This document shows, in pieces, positions 1 through 13,574 of a stretch of DNA of 64,000 nucleotides. The stretch comes from Octopus sinensis. Lineage: Eukaryota. The translations under genes were made by a program, and so were the position numbers. Numbering within the stretch: the first letter of the stretch is position 1; every line of letters begins with the position of its first letter. A model generated the notes under the pieces. The model saw only the letters and a program-made list of their open reading frames with translations, ran no database searches and had not been told where the DNA came from. Location of the stretch: contig NC_043004.1 of the NCBI RefSeq assembly GCF_006345805.1, positions 78,864,001-78,928,000 on the forward strand. The letters are read 5' to 3'.

Positions 1-38
1 CACCACCACCACCACCACAGCTACTACTACTACTACTA

Positions 39-80
<42 letters not shown>
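1..80. repeat. (CAC)n/(TAC)n microsatellite
   Basis: Trinucleotide repeats directly visible. Confidence 0.95.
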
Positions 81-82
<2 letters not shown>

Positions 83-334
83 TTGGTGAGCAAATATTAA
101 CCAGGAAGTGATGGATTAGTCTGTGTTATAGTCACACACACAAAAAAAAGTTTCGCACATTTGTGTCAGAATTGGTATTTAAATTTTGTTAAATTTATAA
201 TAAGGCGAATATCGGGATAATTATCTTGGGCGGAACTGTTAGCTGAAGGAAAATATTAGGCTTACTGGTTTACTGTGCACACGCCGTGCGCTTATATTGT
301 ACGTAGAGCTAATTATGAGTGACTATTAAAATAG

Positions 335-491
335 ATGTGCGTGTGCACACGCACTCACACACACACACACATACACACACGCGCATGTGTGTGTGTGAGT
401 GTGTGTTTATACTTATATACATGGATACTGCCATACATCCATTTATTCATACGTGTAGGGCTCGAGTCATTAAGCCAAATAAAAATTCATG

Positions 492-581
<90 letters not shown>

Positions 582-647
582 GTATATATATATATACATA
601 TAAGCGTTATATATATATCTGTTTATCTATATCTATCTATCTATCTA

Positions 648-693
<46 letters not shown>

Positions 694-739
694 CCTATCT
701 ATCTACCTATCTATCTGTGTGTGTATGTCTGTATGTATG

Positions 740-807
<68 letters not shown>

Positions 808-990
808 TTGTGTGTGTGTATATATGTCCGTATATATAGACAGACAGACAGAGAGACACACACACACACATATATAGATATATTTATATATATATATATA
901 TATATATATACATGCATACATACATACCTGATATATTTTGTAGATACACATATATATACATATAGACGCATAAAGTAGTTCATACATATT
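335..990. repeat. Compound microsatellite (CA)n/(TA)n/(TATC)n
   Basis: Directly visible; explains the YIYI/LSIY/THTH ORFs in the track. Confidence 0.95.
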
Positions 991-1293
991 TTCGTGTGTA
1001 TATTATGAAACAAAATTGTGTGCATCTATTACTAATTTTCTGGTAATGTTTATTTAGAAGAATCCCTAGCATGTCTGCAACTGATAAAACTCACGGCATA
1101 CATTGGACAGTGATAACTATACAAGACGAGACCACACACATTCTGCAGAAGATGCACACTGCATGTGTCTCTTCTAAATAATCATAATTTTCACATCTTC
1201 AACATTTAGCCAGCACAAAATTAAAGAAAAAAATTAATGAGTTAAAATTGCTTTCATGTTATGTTAAGTATCATAGCATTATTGCGGACGTTC

Positions 1294-1570
<277 letters not shown>

Positions 1571-2844
1571 TGCCTTTGTGCCTGTGTTTGTCTGCTACTA
1601 CCGCTTAACAAGCGGTGTTGTGTTCATATTTTAATTATGATAAACCTTTGATGCTTTAATCATTTTAAGGAAAAGAATTAAGATAATTATTCATTCTCAA
1701 TAAGTTCTGGCAGATTCGAACGTGAATATGCTAGTCGCTGTTCTTTTTAAAATTGGAGAACATCTCCTTTTAGGCGATGTTTGTTCAGAATACTCGTGAT
1801 CGATTGATGTAAGTGGATTTTAAGACACCGTGATGTTTAGACCTTACTTATGTCTTTTCAGTGAAACTCATCCCTGGAATAGCTAGATACGTTATTGTTC
1901 GAATTCTTACTGTGCTCTGTTCACACCTGAATTTTAAGTTTGGTAGACACCAACAGGCATCAGCAAATAATTTATTTCCCCATGTCTATTAATAAGAGCC
2001 TGTTCTGTTGTTAGTTTCATTGGTCCAGAGATAGCTTCGACTGAGGAGACATTCAATAAGGTCGAAACATCGCGGTGTCTCAAAATCTCCTTACATTTAT
2101 GAATCACGTGTGTTATGAACACGCATGCTCTAACAGGAGATGTATAATTGATTTAGCTGCTATTTCTAGAAGGTCAGGCCACCAAGAAGAAGCTTCTTTG
2201 TTGACATGTTATTAAATATGGAAGGCGTTGTTGTTGGTGATTTCATTGTTTTGAAAATAAATTCTTTTATCGGCTTTAACATCCGTTCCTCTGGTCGAAA
2301 TACAAACTACCAATTTGACAGCGGAACCAATCAATACAATCGATTCGACGATACCATGTTAAAAAACTATATTTTATATAAAGGAGAGAAACATTTATAA
2401 AGTCTATTAAAAATTTTTGGTCATTTAATTTTTGATATCATTGTTAACCAATTAAATCAAGTTTGTCAACCAAACTAATTACCGTATTTGCCGGCAGATT
2501 GGACGAGCTTTTCTTATTTTTAAATGTATACAAAAATTGCCCTGCGTCTAATGCAGCTGTATTACTGATAGGAGACCGAGTACCGTAGGATATGGAACCG
2601 GACGAGCATACTGGGTTAGTTCCCTAAGCATAAAAATTGTTACTAATAATAAAATAATGAAAGCAAGACTAACTATTACAGTAAATTGTGTTACTAATGA
2701 AATATTGAAAACAAGCCGAATTATTATAGTCTATCAGAAACTTACGCAAAATTGCTTACGATACGCCGGCAGTTATGAGTGAAGCTCGCATCATAACGTA
2801 ACGGTAAGTTCATTTACGGTAAATTTCGTACAGTGTCCAAACCC

Positions 2845-4070
2845 ATGGCTGAAAAACAAAAAAGGCACTGTTATAACATCAAATTAAAACTAGATGTCGT
2901 AGCATACACAAAAGATCATGGTAATAGATCAGCTGCTCGGTATTTTTCACCACAAACCGAGAAAATGGTAGAGATTTGAAGGAAACAAGAAGAGCAACTG
3001 AAAGCTTCTTAATGTATTGCCTCTGTAGGGGAGTTGTAAAGTGGCCTGAACTAGAAGAATTAAAAACATAGGTTTTAGACCAAAGAAGATCGGGCTTTCA
3101 GTACCCGCTAAAATGTTTATGTTCCATTCAAGACTTATAGCAATAGACAAAGATATTAATGACCTTAAAGGGTCAACATCATGGTGTTCCAGATCTACGT
3201 GGAGAAATAACCTCTGTATGAGGCCTTAGCACAAAAATGCCCCTTGAATACGAAGATCAGGGATGTCATTAATACAAGAAAAGAAGTTAGTTTTGAACTT
3301 TCACAGATAGCAAATATGGACAAAGTTTCTTTGACATTTTATGTGTCATCAAAGAAGACAGCAGAATCCAAGGGTGCTAAAACTGTGACTTAAAATATGT
3401 GGTCATGAAAAGACACACTACACAGTTGTATTGGCATGCTGCGTTGATGGCACAAAACTATCACCTTTTATTTAATTTTTAAGACATTGCTTAAAGAAAG
3501 GATAGCTAATGGCATTTATGTTCATGTCCACACAAATGTTGGATGGATGAAGGAAAAATGAAATTGTAGCTTGATAAAGTGTGGTCCAGGTGTCCTGGTG
3601 GGCTATTAAAGAAACCTGCCTTATTAGTTTGGGACCAGTTTCGGGCTCATAGAACTGAGCTTGTTAAGAGGAAACTTGGAGAACTGAACACCCAGTTAGT
3701 TGTATTTCTTGGAGGCCTAACCAACCGCTTACAGCCTTTAGATGTTTAAAATAAACCATTTAAAAGATTTATGCGGGAGGAGTGGAGCAAGTGGATGCAG
3801 TTTTCAGATTTTGAAGTGACACCAACATGAAGAAGGAAGAGGCCTTCAAAAACACAGGTGTGTGAATGGGTAAAAAGTTCATAGACTGCGGCAAAAGAAG
3901 AGGTAGTTGTGAAATCATTTTAAAAATGTGACATTAGTAATACTCTTGATGGTATTGAGGTTGATTGATTGTTTGAAGAAGATATTGATGACTCAGATCA
4001 CATTGCAGAGAATTCCATCCATATTCCAGGTAATATGGATGGCAGCAGTGAGAAAGAGTAACTGTAACTA
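2845..4070 (+). pseudogene. pogo/POGK-like transposase pseudogene (Brinker-type DBD, CENP-B HTH, DDE_1)
   Basis: ATG 2845 MAEKQKRHCYNIKLKLDVVAYTKDHGNRSAARYF; later KWPELEE, QIANMDK, GHEKTHYTVVLACCVDGTKL, KPALLVWDQFRAH, GGLTNRLQPLDV in shifting frames with stops; 3' end approximate. Confidence 0.9.
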
Positions 4071-4324
4071 TTAATAGGAACTCATCACATTTAATGTCCT
4101 TTGCTGATTGGTTTTTACCAGTTTTTATAAGTATATTTGCTTTTTGTTTGCATGGATCAGGGTTCATTGATACCAATGTATATTTCTATTCTGTTCTGGC
4201 AAATTTAATTTAATTTAATTTCAAGCTGAATATTAAGCTACATGTGATTTCATACTCTATTCCAGTATATTATCACAACATTGTATTTCATGCACAGAAT
4301 CATACAATTCTCCCTACAAAACTA

Positions 4325-4890
4325 TTGGGTTGTCCAGAAAGTTCGTGCCGATTTTTAAAGGCAAGAAAAAGGTCAATAAATACTTGCCATTACATTTTTA
4401 ATCAATCAAATATAAACCATTTTGTTGCACAATGCGTCTCCATCTTTTCTTTAACTTGAAAATACTCTCTTCCCAGCATTGAGGTGGTTTCATGGCAAAG
4501 AATTCATCAAGGTATCGTATTACGTCATCCAAGGAATTGAAATTTTTACCCTTAAGACTACTCTGCAGAGACCTGAATAAGTGGAAATCTGAAGGAGCAA
4601 TATCTAGTGAATATGGAGGGTGGGGTAACACATCCCAGCCGAGCTGTAGCAATTTTTGTCTGGTTCCCAAAGCATCAAGTGCCAAAAATGAACTTTCTTA
4701 TCTTCCATTTTAAAGGGTTACAGAATTAACACAGGTTATAGGAACATAAACCTTCTTCCACGAAAAGATAGCTTAAACTGTGCTCTAAATGGAGGTGTTG
4801 TCAAGTCCTATTTTATGAACTCAACCATGTTCTAAAATAAGTCGAAAGGTAAGCTACTATAAATCGGCACGAACTTTCCGGACAACCCAA
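4325..4890 (-). mobile_element. Internally deleted mariner element (566 bp) nested in the pogo element
   Basis: ~30-bp TIRs TTGGGTTGTCC(A/G)GAAAGTTCGTGCCGATTT, TA on both sides; minus strand encodes MEDKKVHFWHLML (ATG 4708) joined to the C-terminus KLLQLGWDVLPHPPYSLDIAPSDFHLFRSLQ (mariner YSPDLAPSD motif). Confidence 0.93.
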
Positions 4891-5069
4891 TACTTTAAAG
4901 TATCTTTCAATAAATGTATGATGAAGCATACTAAAATTGTCTTTTTTCCCCACAAAATATCCTTCTAAAAGAGGGATACGTCTTATGTGAGGATGCGTAC
5001 AATGCGCTTGCAAATACGGTAGCAATTAGTCAAAGTCTATAATTTTACAGACCTGTGTAGCGTCTAAGA

Positions 5070-5272
5070 CGGCGAGCTAGCTGAATCGTTAACACCGCGG
5101 GCAAAATGCTTAGCATTTTCCTTCCTTTTTGTTTTTTACGTTCTGAGTTTAAATTCCGAGCAGGTTGACTTTACCTTCCATCCTTTCGGAGGTCGATAAA
5201 CTATGTACCAGGTGATCGCTGGAGTTGATGTGATCGACAAACCCCATCCTCCAAGATTGGTGGCATTGTGCC
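5070..5272 (+). mobile_element. tRNA-derived SINE family A (Meta-domain-like), diverged
   Basis: GGCGAGCT...GTTCTGAGTTTAAATTCC...CCTTCCATCCTTTCGGAGGTCGATAAA matches many other copies in the window. Confidence 0.8.
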
Positions 5273-5593
5273 TAAAAACACCTACCTGCTTAGTAATTTC
5301 CGTGTATAAATTTTTCTTGTCTGGCAAATGAAAGCAATGTTATCATAAGAAAGACATCATATCAATTAATAAGTCGGGTTTTTTATTCTCCAGCTATTAT
5401 TAAATAATTTTCTTTATTACACGTCGAACGGAAATACTATTTCTAAAGATATTTTGTATTATACTCTAGGGTATTTCAGAGATTTAATACTGAAGTAGTT
5501 AATATCTTTAAATTGCTAGAAAATTAAGTTTAAATCTGACAAGTCTCTCTCTCTCTCTCTCGCTCTCTCTCTCTCTCACCCTCCTCTCTTTAC

Positions 5594-5661
<68 letters not shown>

Positions 5662-5884
5662 TTTTTACTCGTCTTATCAGAAAAAGGTAGGTGTATAAAT
5701 TTTCTCTCTATTTCGCTTTCTAATATATATGTATATATATATACATACACGCACACACACATATATAAATTCGTAAGTTGGTTATTTCGGATGAATGAGA
5801 TAGGAGTTCTTAATACATCTTGTGGGTGAAACTGAAACAGAGTTTGCCTTGCGACTTGAGTATCTATCTATCTATCTATGTCTG

Positions 5885-5958
<74 letters not shown>

Positions 5959-6125
5959 AATAAATGGATGGGCATCAATGTAATCGGCTTCATCCTTTCT
6001 CTCAAAATTACTTGCTTTGCGCCCTATCTTGTGAGGTTAAATTATTATTATTATTAATTATATATAATATATTATTATTAATAATATATTAAATTTATAT
6101 ATAGAGATTATCATTAGTACTATTA

Positions 6126-6520
6126 TTATTCAGTAGTTTTATTTTTATAACGTGCTTTCACTGCACTACCGAGCGCAGCTCTCTTGCCTTGGATATGTGC
6201 TGTAGTTTGCTGTGATGCTCTGATGGTTATTGAAAGTGTTCTGCGTAGGATGTGTGCAGTGCCCTGTAGTGCTATTTTCTGTATGTTATATATATTTGTA
6301 AGTCCTGGTGCTTTTATTATGAATTTGTCGAATATTTTTTTATCATACCTAATGCGCCTACTATGATAGGAATTGTTTCTGTTTTTAGATTCCACATTCG
6401 AGTTACTTCTATTTCCAGGTCTTTGTATTTTGAAAGCTTCTCCATTTCTTTTAGAGAAACGTTATCATCTGTTGGTATCGATACATCAATTGGAAAGCAG
6501 TTTTTCTTCTTCTTCATTAT
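6126..6520 (-). mobile_element. R4/Dong-clade RLE LINE 3' fragment (subfamily 2) between (TAA)n tracts
   Basis: CFPIDVSIPTDDNVSLKEMEKLSKYKDLEIEVTRMWNLKTETIPIIVGALG and IQKIALQGTAHILRRTLSI: C-terminus of a restriction-like endonuclease. Confidence 0.88.
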
Positions 6521-6534
6521 TATTATTATTATTA

Positions 6535-6998
6535 TTCTATGTTTGAGTTTTGCTTTATATTTGTACAAGTTGGCTCCAAGTCTCACCCAGAGACCTCAAG
6601 AGACAACAGGTTGGAAGTTCATGTTGTTGTTATGCCTAGTGTGCCATATATTTTTCTTGGGGGGGGGGGTGTTGTACTAATGAATGTCTAAAAAAAAAAA
6701 AAAATTTTTTTTTTTTTTAAACCGAAAATTATGTTTGTTTTAAACCTTGAGATTACATAGAAAGTATTTTGCGTAGGATATGAGCAGTTCCCATGAGCAC
6801 TATCTCTTGGATTTCTGAGTGAGATGTGGTCATTTTCAAGCACTGGGGGTGGTTTGTGTTCCCACCAGTTTTTTTCATGGGGCAAATCCAGGTTTTTGCA
6901 GATTACCCAGTGAATATATTGTGCAGCTCTATCGTGTCTGTTGAGATACTCTGTAGGCGCTAGAAGACTGCACTTGGAGACCACATGGTCAATGGTTT
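6535..6998 (-). mobile_element. R4/Dong-clade RLE LINE 3' fragment (subfamily 1), internally deleted
   Basis: TIDHVVSKCSLLAPTEYLNRHDRAAQYIHWVICK then a jump (~6820) to the final GTAHILRKILSM; 3' UTR matches 61960-62133 and 62790-63007. Confidence 0.88.
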
Positions 6999-7039
6999 AT
7001 TATTATTATTATTATTATTATCATCATCATCATCATCAT

Positions 7040-7595
7040 TGAGTGAGAGAGCAGTGCATTCCATCAAAGTGACACTGGGATAAAATATACGAAGCCCAGG
7101 ATACCCATCATGACTACCCGTCTGATAAGTGTACACCAGGCACGTGCATCACAACCATATGTGCGTGACATCGTGATCTCATATCAAGTTAAACAGCACA
7201 TGACCTTGCAGGTGGGGCCCAGTTAGAATTTTCTTCTGGTCGATTAGCCCATCCCACTCAAAAGGTCCTTGAATAAGGGTTGTTTAAGGATGTAGAACGA
7301 AACACCCATGTTTCCAGAGGTGAATTATTCAAACCCCAAAGAATCTCTCTCAATACACGGCTATGATGCTCCCCCACTACTTCTGCTCGTGATAAGAGAT
7401 ATACATATGGTCAGCCACTAAGGGACATGCTCAACTGGTTAAGGTCAAATAACTGACAAGCAAATCTGTAGTATTGAGCAGAATATTTGCTGTAGCCCAT
7501 CTTTTATACCAAGACAAAACAATGTACATGATAACACTTCCAATCAGCTAAGATCAGAAGCCACGAGAGCCACTGCCTGGTACTGCGTCAGGGCT
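7040..7595 (-). mobile_element. Interspersed SINE-like repeat between (ATC)n and (ATT)n tracts
   Basis: Balanced-GC non-coding block bounded by simple repeats; the segment GAGCAGAAGTAGTGGGGGAGC recalls Deu/Nin SINE domains (unverified). Confidence 0.5.
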
Positions 7596-7599
7596 ATTA

Positions 7600-7657
<58 letters not shown>

Positions 7658-7664
7658 AATAATA

Positions 7665-7704
<40 letters not shown>

Positions 7705-8300
7705 TGCAGTTGTTAATATTGGTAAACAAAACAGTAATCCGAAGACCAACAAGACCAACAGAAGCAATTTCGATACTCTTGTGAAAGGCTGCTACGTCAA
7801 CACGGATTGCCTTTAATGAACACAGTTATATACGTTTACAAACACTAAATGAATTATATCACATTTTGCCTGATGGAAAGAGTAATTAATACATTTGATA
7901 AATCAGCAGAGCAGCAGGAGGCGCTTAATTATTTCTGTATTCCTAATGTAGAAATACAGGCATTCGTATTTACAGATATATATATTATACATACGCACAC
8001 ACACACATATACGAGCTGTATGTATGTATATATACATGATGAGTATTATCCAACACAGGAAGTGAGTTATAGACAATGCATACTTTTATATATGTCTGAA
8101 TACATCTACATACATGCAGGCATGCATGCATACATACATGCATACATAGATACATACAAACATGCATGCATACATATATACATACACACATTTATAGACA
8201 CAATATATATATATATATATACTATATATATATATATATATATATAATGTGTGTGTGAGTGTTGTATGTACGTAAGTGTATCTCTCTCTCCTCCTCTCTG

Positions 8301-8339
<39 letters not shown>

Positions 8340-8384
8340 GTATATATATCTATCTATCTATCTATCTATCTGTCTATCTATCTG

Positions 8385-8443
<59 letters not shown>

Positions 8444-8519
8444 GTATATATATCTATCTATCTATCTATCTCATGGAGCAACAGAAAGAGTGAAATGCAA
8501 TTACCGCCGGTGAGTGCAT

Positions 8520-8883
8520 TTAGATGTGTCGGCTATGCACCACCTATACCCACATCCACAATTGTTCAGTCACTGCCGGGATTAGATCACAGCACTGCGC
8601 TCTCCAAACCTTTTGTCGCTCAAATATTACATCATCTATAAACTTTGTGGTGGACATTATTTTAAAAGCCCGTCGCCTTGCCGATCGCTTTCCCGAACAC
8701 ACTCTAAGCCGTCTAGTCTGTATGCCATGCCAACCGTCAACACCCACTGAATTCAAGGGTCCATTTCATTACGACTGCATCAACGTGCAGCATTTCTGTA
8801 CATCATGGATCTGCTTATGCAAGGAAAGGGAACAAGGTTTCATATTAAAACTAGGAACAATGGCACAGACAAGATTTAAATGA
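8520..8883 (+). pseudogene. Penelope-like element GIY-YIG endonuclease remnant
   Basis: ORF 8524..8883 has RRLADRFPEH (R-L-x-x-R-F-x-E-H) and KEREQGFILKLGTMA, typical of the PLE GIY-YIG C-terminus; followed by a pyrimidine-rich tail. Confidence 0.7.
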
Positions 8884-9249
8884 TATCCCTTCTCCTCCTA
8901 CACCCCATATACTCCAGTAATCTCATTTCTATCCTGTACCCCTCTTTTTAATAAAATTTCTCCTCCACCTCACACTCGCCTAGATCTTTTCCTCTTTTCA
9001 TTACTCTTTTCTCCTTCACTCACCAAATAATTCTCTCCTTCTGCTTCCTGTCTACGTATGTAAGCTCACGTTCTCTTGCGTTTCTCATCATTTGCAGCCA
9101 GTCGCTGAAACGCAGCGGACGTAACATTTAGCTATCTTTAATTTTCCCTCTTATTATTTTAATCCTGTAGAAGGTCTTTTTCCGAAGTGTTGGATTTTGC
9201 TCTTCTTCTAAACAATACAAGCCATGCTACCGCAGACTACGACCAGTCA

Positions 9250-9255
9250 CACACA

Positions 9256-9339
<84 letters not shown>

Positions 9340-9370
9340 CACAGACACACACACACACACACACACAAAC
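9250..9370. repeat. (GCAC)n/(CA)n microsatellite
   Basis: Directly visible. Confidence 0.95.
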
Positions 9371-9476
9371 ACAGACTTATATACACATATGTATACAGAT
9401 ATATATTTATACACATAAATATATATATATGTAGGCATATATATATGTAGGCATGTATGTACACACGCATATATAA

Positions 9477-9507
<31 letters not shown>

Positions 9508-9743
9508 CACAGACAAACAAAGACATACATACATATATGCATATGCATGTATGTGCCTATATATATATATAATAATAATATAAATTAAAATAAAATAAAT
9601 TGATTTACTTACTGATAAACATGCAAAGGATAAATAAGTATATAAGATGCCACGCAGTGGGACTGAACCCGGAACCATGTGGTTGGCAAGCAAGCTTCTT
9701 ACCACACAGCCAGTCCTACGCCTATGTGTGTGTGTGTGTGTGT

Positions 9744-9778
<35 letters not shown>

Positions 9779-10311
9779 AGATGGTAAAATGCTATATTCT
9801 ATTTCGCAAATCCAAGAATTCATGGCGCCTTTGCAAGGATCCAATATAATCGGTACGCATTGGGTTAATTCTGTCTGTAGGGAAATGTATAAAATATGCA
9901 ATGAATGCCATCCTATATACTGAATGACAAATAGGTAAACAGATAGACAAGTAATTAGAGAGACAGACGGGCTTGTAAATAGGTACGTGTAGACGGAGAG
10001 ACAAGTGCGATGAATATGAATATATACATACATAGACACAACACACACATATATATTATAAGTATTATATATATATTTACATATATATGTATACATGCAT
10101 ATATATATTTTGTATATATATGTATTATATATATATATATATGGTCTATATAAATATATTATATATATATTATATATATATAATATATATATATATATAT
10201 AATATAAGTGTACATATATATGTATACATGCATATATATATATTATGTATATATATGTATGTATATATATATGGTCTATATAAATATTATATATTATATA
10301 TATATATATTC

Positions 10312-10496
10312 TATATAGAGGGCATTATACATACATGCCAGAAGGCATTATACATACATGCCAACGCTAAGAGGGACAATTAGTCATTTCTACCAAAAAT
10401 TTTTGGTATTTTTGGTAGAAATGACTAATTGTCCCTCTTAGCGTTTGGCATGTATGTATATGCCTTCTGGCATGTATGTATAATGCCCTCTATATA
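10312..10496. repeat. Near-perfect 185-bp palindrome in TA-rich context
   Basis: Arms ~89 bp differing by small indels; each arm carries two copies of GGCATTATACATACATGCCA. Confidence 0.92.
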
Positions 10497-10680
10497 TAAA
10501 TTAATATGTTCAATAAGAAATAATTATTTTCGAAATTTTTTCTCTTATGAGGTTTTTACGCTATCTACCTGACAATTTCTTGTTAAGTTTTCCTTATTAA
10601 TAGTTGTCCTTAATTGCTATATATATATATATATATATATATTTTTCCCACTAGTCATCACAGAATATGTATATCATATA

Positions 10681-10737
<57 letters not shown>

Positions 10738-11544
10738 CATTCTATACACACACAAACATATACAAACACACGCACATATAATTATACAGTTATATGTATT
10801 CATCTATATCAATCTATCCTTATCTTTCTCTCCCTCTCTCTCTGCATATATATATGTGTGTGTGTGCGCGCGCTTGTGTGTGTGTATAAACAGAGTGAGA
10901 GTGAAAGAGCATATACTCAGAGAGTAGACGTAATATTTATGAAATTATTTCTAAGGAATGAGAATATTTTGTTAACTGAGATCGTGTATAGAATGAGTAT
11001 AGCACTGCTGGTTCGTTTAAAGAAAGTTATTAGCGCAGAACGGACATGTTGTCAGTGATAAAAACATATTTGGTTACCTGGTGTAAAAGACCTGTGCTGA
11101 ATGAACGGTAAAGCCATCAACACGCTGACATATTCCCCTCTGTTCACCTGACGTTCATTTTGCAAAGTAAACTTGTAGTTCGTATTTCAATAAATAAATA
11201 ATAACCAAACGTATTAAATCGATATAAAATAATATGCGCCGGTTCTGTTTGATTCGTTACGGCCGAGTGGGATTTGCGCCAATCCCTTTGTCGTGTCATC
11301 GAAATTATGGGAAATGTGTTTAGCTTCGATTCCAGAAGATTACAGCTGAGGGAAAAGAAACAAATCTCTACGTATTTCATTGCAAGTTCAAGTTACTTTT
11401 CTTTACATTTATGCACATTTGCACGTGTTCGCACATACAGTTTCATAATACAAGCATATATATTGACACAAACACGCACACAGTCACATACACACACATA
11501 TACCCACATACATAACATACATGCATATATATATATCTGTATAT

Positions 11545-11575
<31 letters not shown>

Positions 11576-11582
11576 CATACAT

Positions 11583-11920
11583 AAAGACCCCCTTCGGTCA
11601 TGAATGACCATGGGATTGCACCTAGAAAGTTACCCTCCTAGACACAAGTCCGGGCAAGGTTGTTTTATGGAAGGCTAGCAGTCGCCCATGCATACCAGCC
11701 TCCCCTCTCCACGCCACCAGTGTTATCCAAGGGAAAGACAAAGGTCGATACAGCTTGGCACCAGTGACGTCGCAACTCATTTCTACAGCTGAGTGAACTG
11801 GAGCAACGTGAAATAAAGTGCCTTGCTCGAGAACACAACACGCAGCCCGGTCCGGGATTCGAGCTCAGAACCTCACGATCGTAAGCTCGACGCTCTAACC
11901 ACTGAGCCATGCGCCTTCAC
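11583..11920 (-). mobile_element. tRNA-derived SINE family D, full length
   Basis: Minus-strand head GGCGCATGGCTCAGTGGTTAGAGCG...GAGCTCGAATCCCGG (A/B boxes) with a non-tRNA body; flanked by TACATACATA on both sides. Confidence 0.85.
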
Positions 11921-12011
11921 TACATACATACATACATATATATATATATTACATATACATATGTATATATATATATACATATATATACATATGTATATGT
12001 ACATATATATG

Positions 12012-12068
<57 letters not shown>

Positions 12069-12125
12069 TATACATATATATATACATATGCATATATATT
12101 ATATATATATTTATTATATAGAAGG

Positions 12126-12176
12126 AGCTTCTACAGGACTAGAACTGTTTCATTCAAGAGAAATCTTCAGGAAGCT
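12126..12176 (-). ncRNA. Type I hammerhead ribozyme motif (C3-G8, GUA site)
   Basis: AGCTTC-CTGAAGA-TTTCTCTTGAAT-GAAA-CAGTTCTAGTCCTG-TA-GAAGCT: 6-bp stem I, intact core, stem III ACAG/CTGT; inside a ~110-bp insert in (TA)n. Confidence 0.75.
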
Positions 12177-12233
12177 AGTTAACAAGAATTGTATTGGCAC
12201 TGTGGTTAACCCCGAATCAACCGGGACCTACAT

Positions 12234-12615
<382 letters not shown>

Positions 12616-12668
12616 CACACACACACACACACACACCACACACACACACATACACACACACACACATA

Positions 12669-12739
<71 letters not shown>

Positions 12740-13208
12740 GTATATACATACATACATATACAATCACTCATCTGCAGGCATCCTTTCAAATAATTGGCAG
12801 AACATTTTTCTAAGTCTTCTTAAATCTTTACAATGCTATTTTTTCATAATTTCAATTCTCAAACCATAATTTCACATTTACGAATTCCAAAATCTGTTTT
12901 TGAGGAAAATTATGAAATTACAGGGGCCAACCTGAAAAGAATAGTCGACCATTATTGTGAATATTTGTCAAGGAAAGTAATTTTGTATTTCATTTTAAAA
13001 AAAACATTATCGATTTTTATGTCTTTATCAGATAAGGGAAGTCACTGTCCATGGCTTCCAAGATTAGGGCGAGGCAACGAAAAGGGAACGACTTTTTATG
13101 GTTCTCTGTCAGATGAAGTAAACATCAAGTTAACGAATTACTCAGACTGGCACCAAAGATCTATAACATTTAAATAAGCCCAGTGATTCTACAGTAAAAA
13201 AATCTCAT

Positions 13209-13574
13209 TGTCAGGTGTCATCTTCTCTCAGCTGGTTCAGTATCAAGGATCTCCATTCGGTTAAGCATAGATCCATGATTTACCGCGGGTGCAATCACGG
13301 GTGCATGGTGGGATCCCAGTTCCTTTTACAGGGGCTGGCTGCAAGCCTGTATACTGTGAAGAGAGTGTCCTAATTGCGCCACACATCTTGTCATCGCCTT
13401 TTGAGCTATTGTCCAAATAGGATTTTCCTGCCTCATATAAGTGAGAGATGTGTCCGAGTCAGAGACCAATGCTCCTGTCCAGGTATAAAAGATGTACTGC
13501 TGACAGGTTTATAAAGGTACCACCCTGTTATGTACCACATAAAACATATCCAATAAAGAGAAAAGAGCCTTACA
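13209..13574 (+). mobile_element. Possible solo LTR
   Basis: TGTCAGG...CCTTACA termini, internal TATAAAAG (~13484) and AATAAA (~13552); no TSD seen. Confidence 0.45.

Larger units (their letters stand above)
2482..5019 (+). mobile_element. Tc2/POGK-type pogo DNA transposon, full-length but decayed
   Basis: Imperfect TIRs CCGTATTTGC(CGGCAGATTGGACG) at 2482 and ...GCAAATACGG ending 5019, each flanked by TA (2480-81, 5020-21); transposase pseudogene inside. Confidence 0.9.

Noticed and set aside
5660-5725. Minus-strand CTGATAAG in a short (TA)n insert
   Set aside because: Only a partial, mismatched core with no downstream GAAA or stem III
11840-11920. tRNA-like sequences (also 12540-12615, 19560-19631 and others)
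   Set aside because: A/B boxes run into long repeated bodies and lack a proper acceptor stem; they are SINE heads
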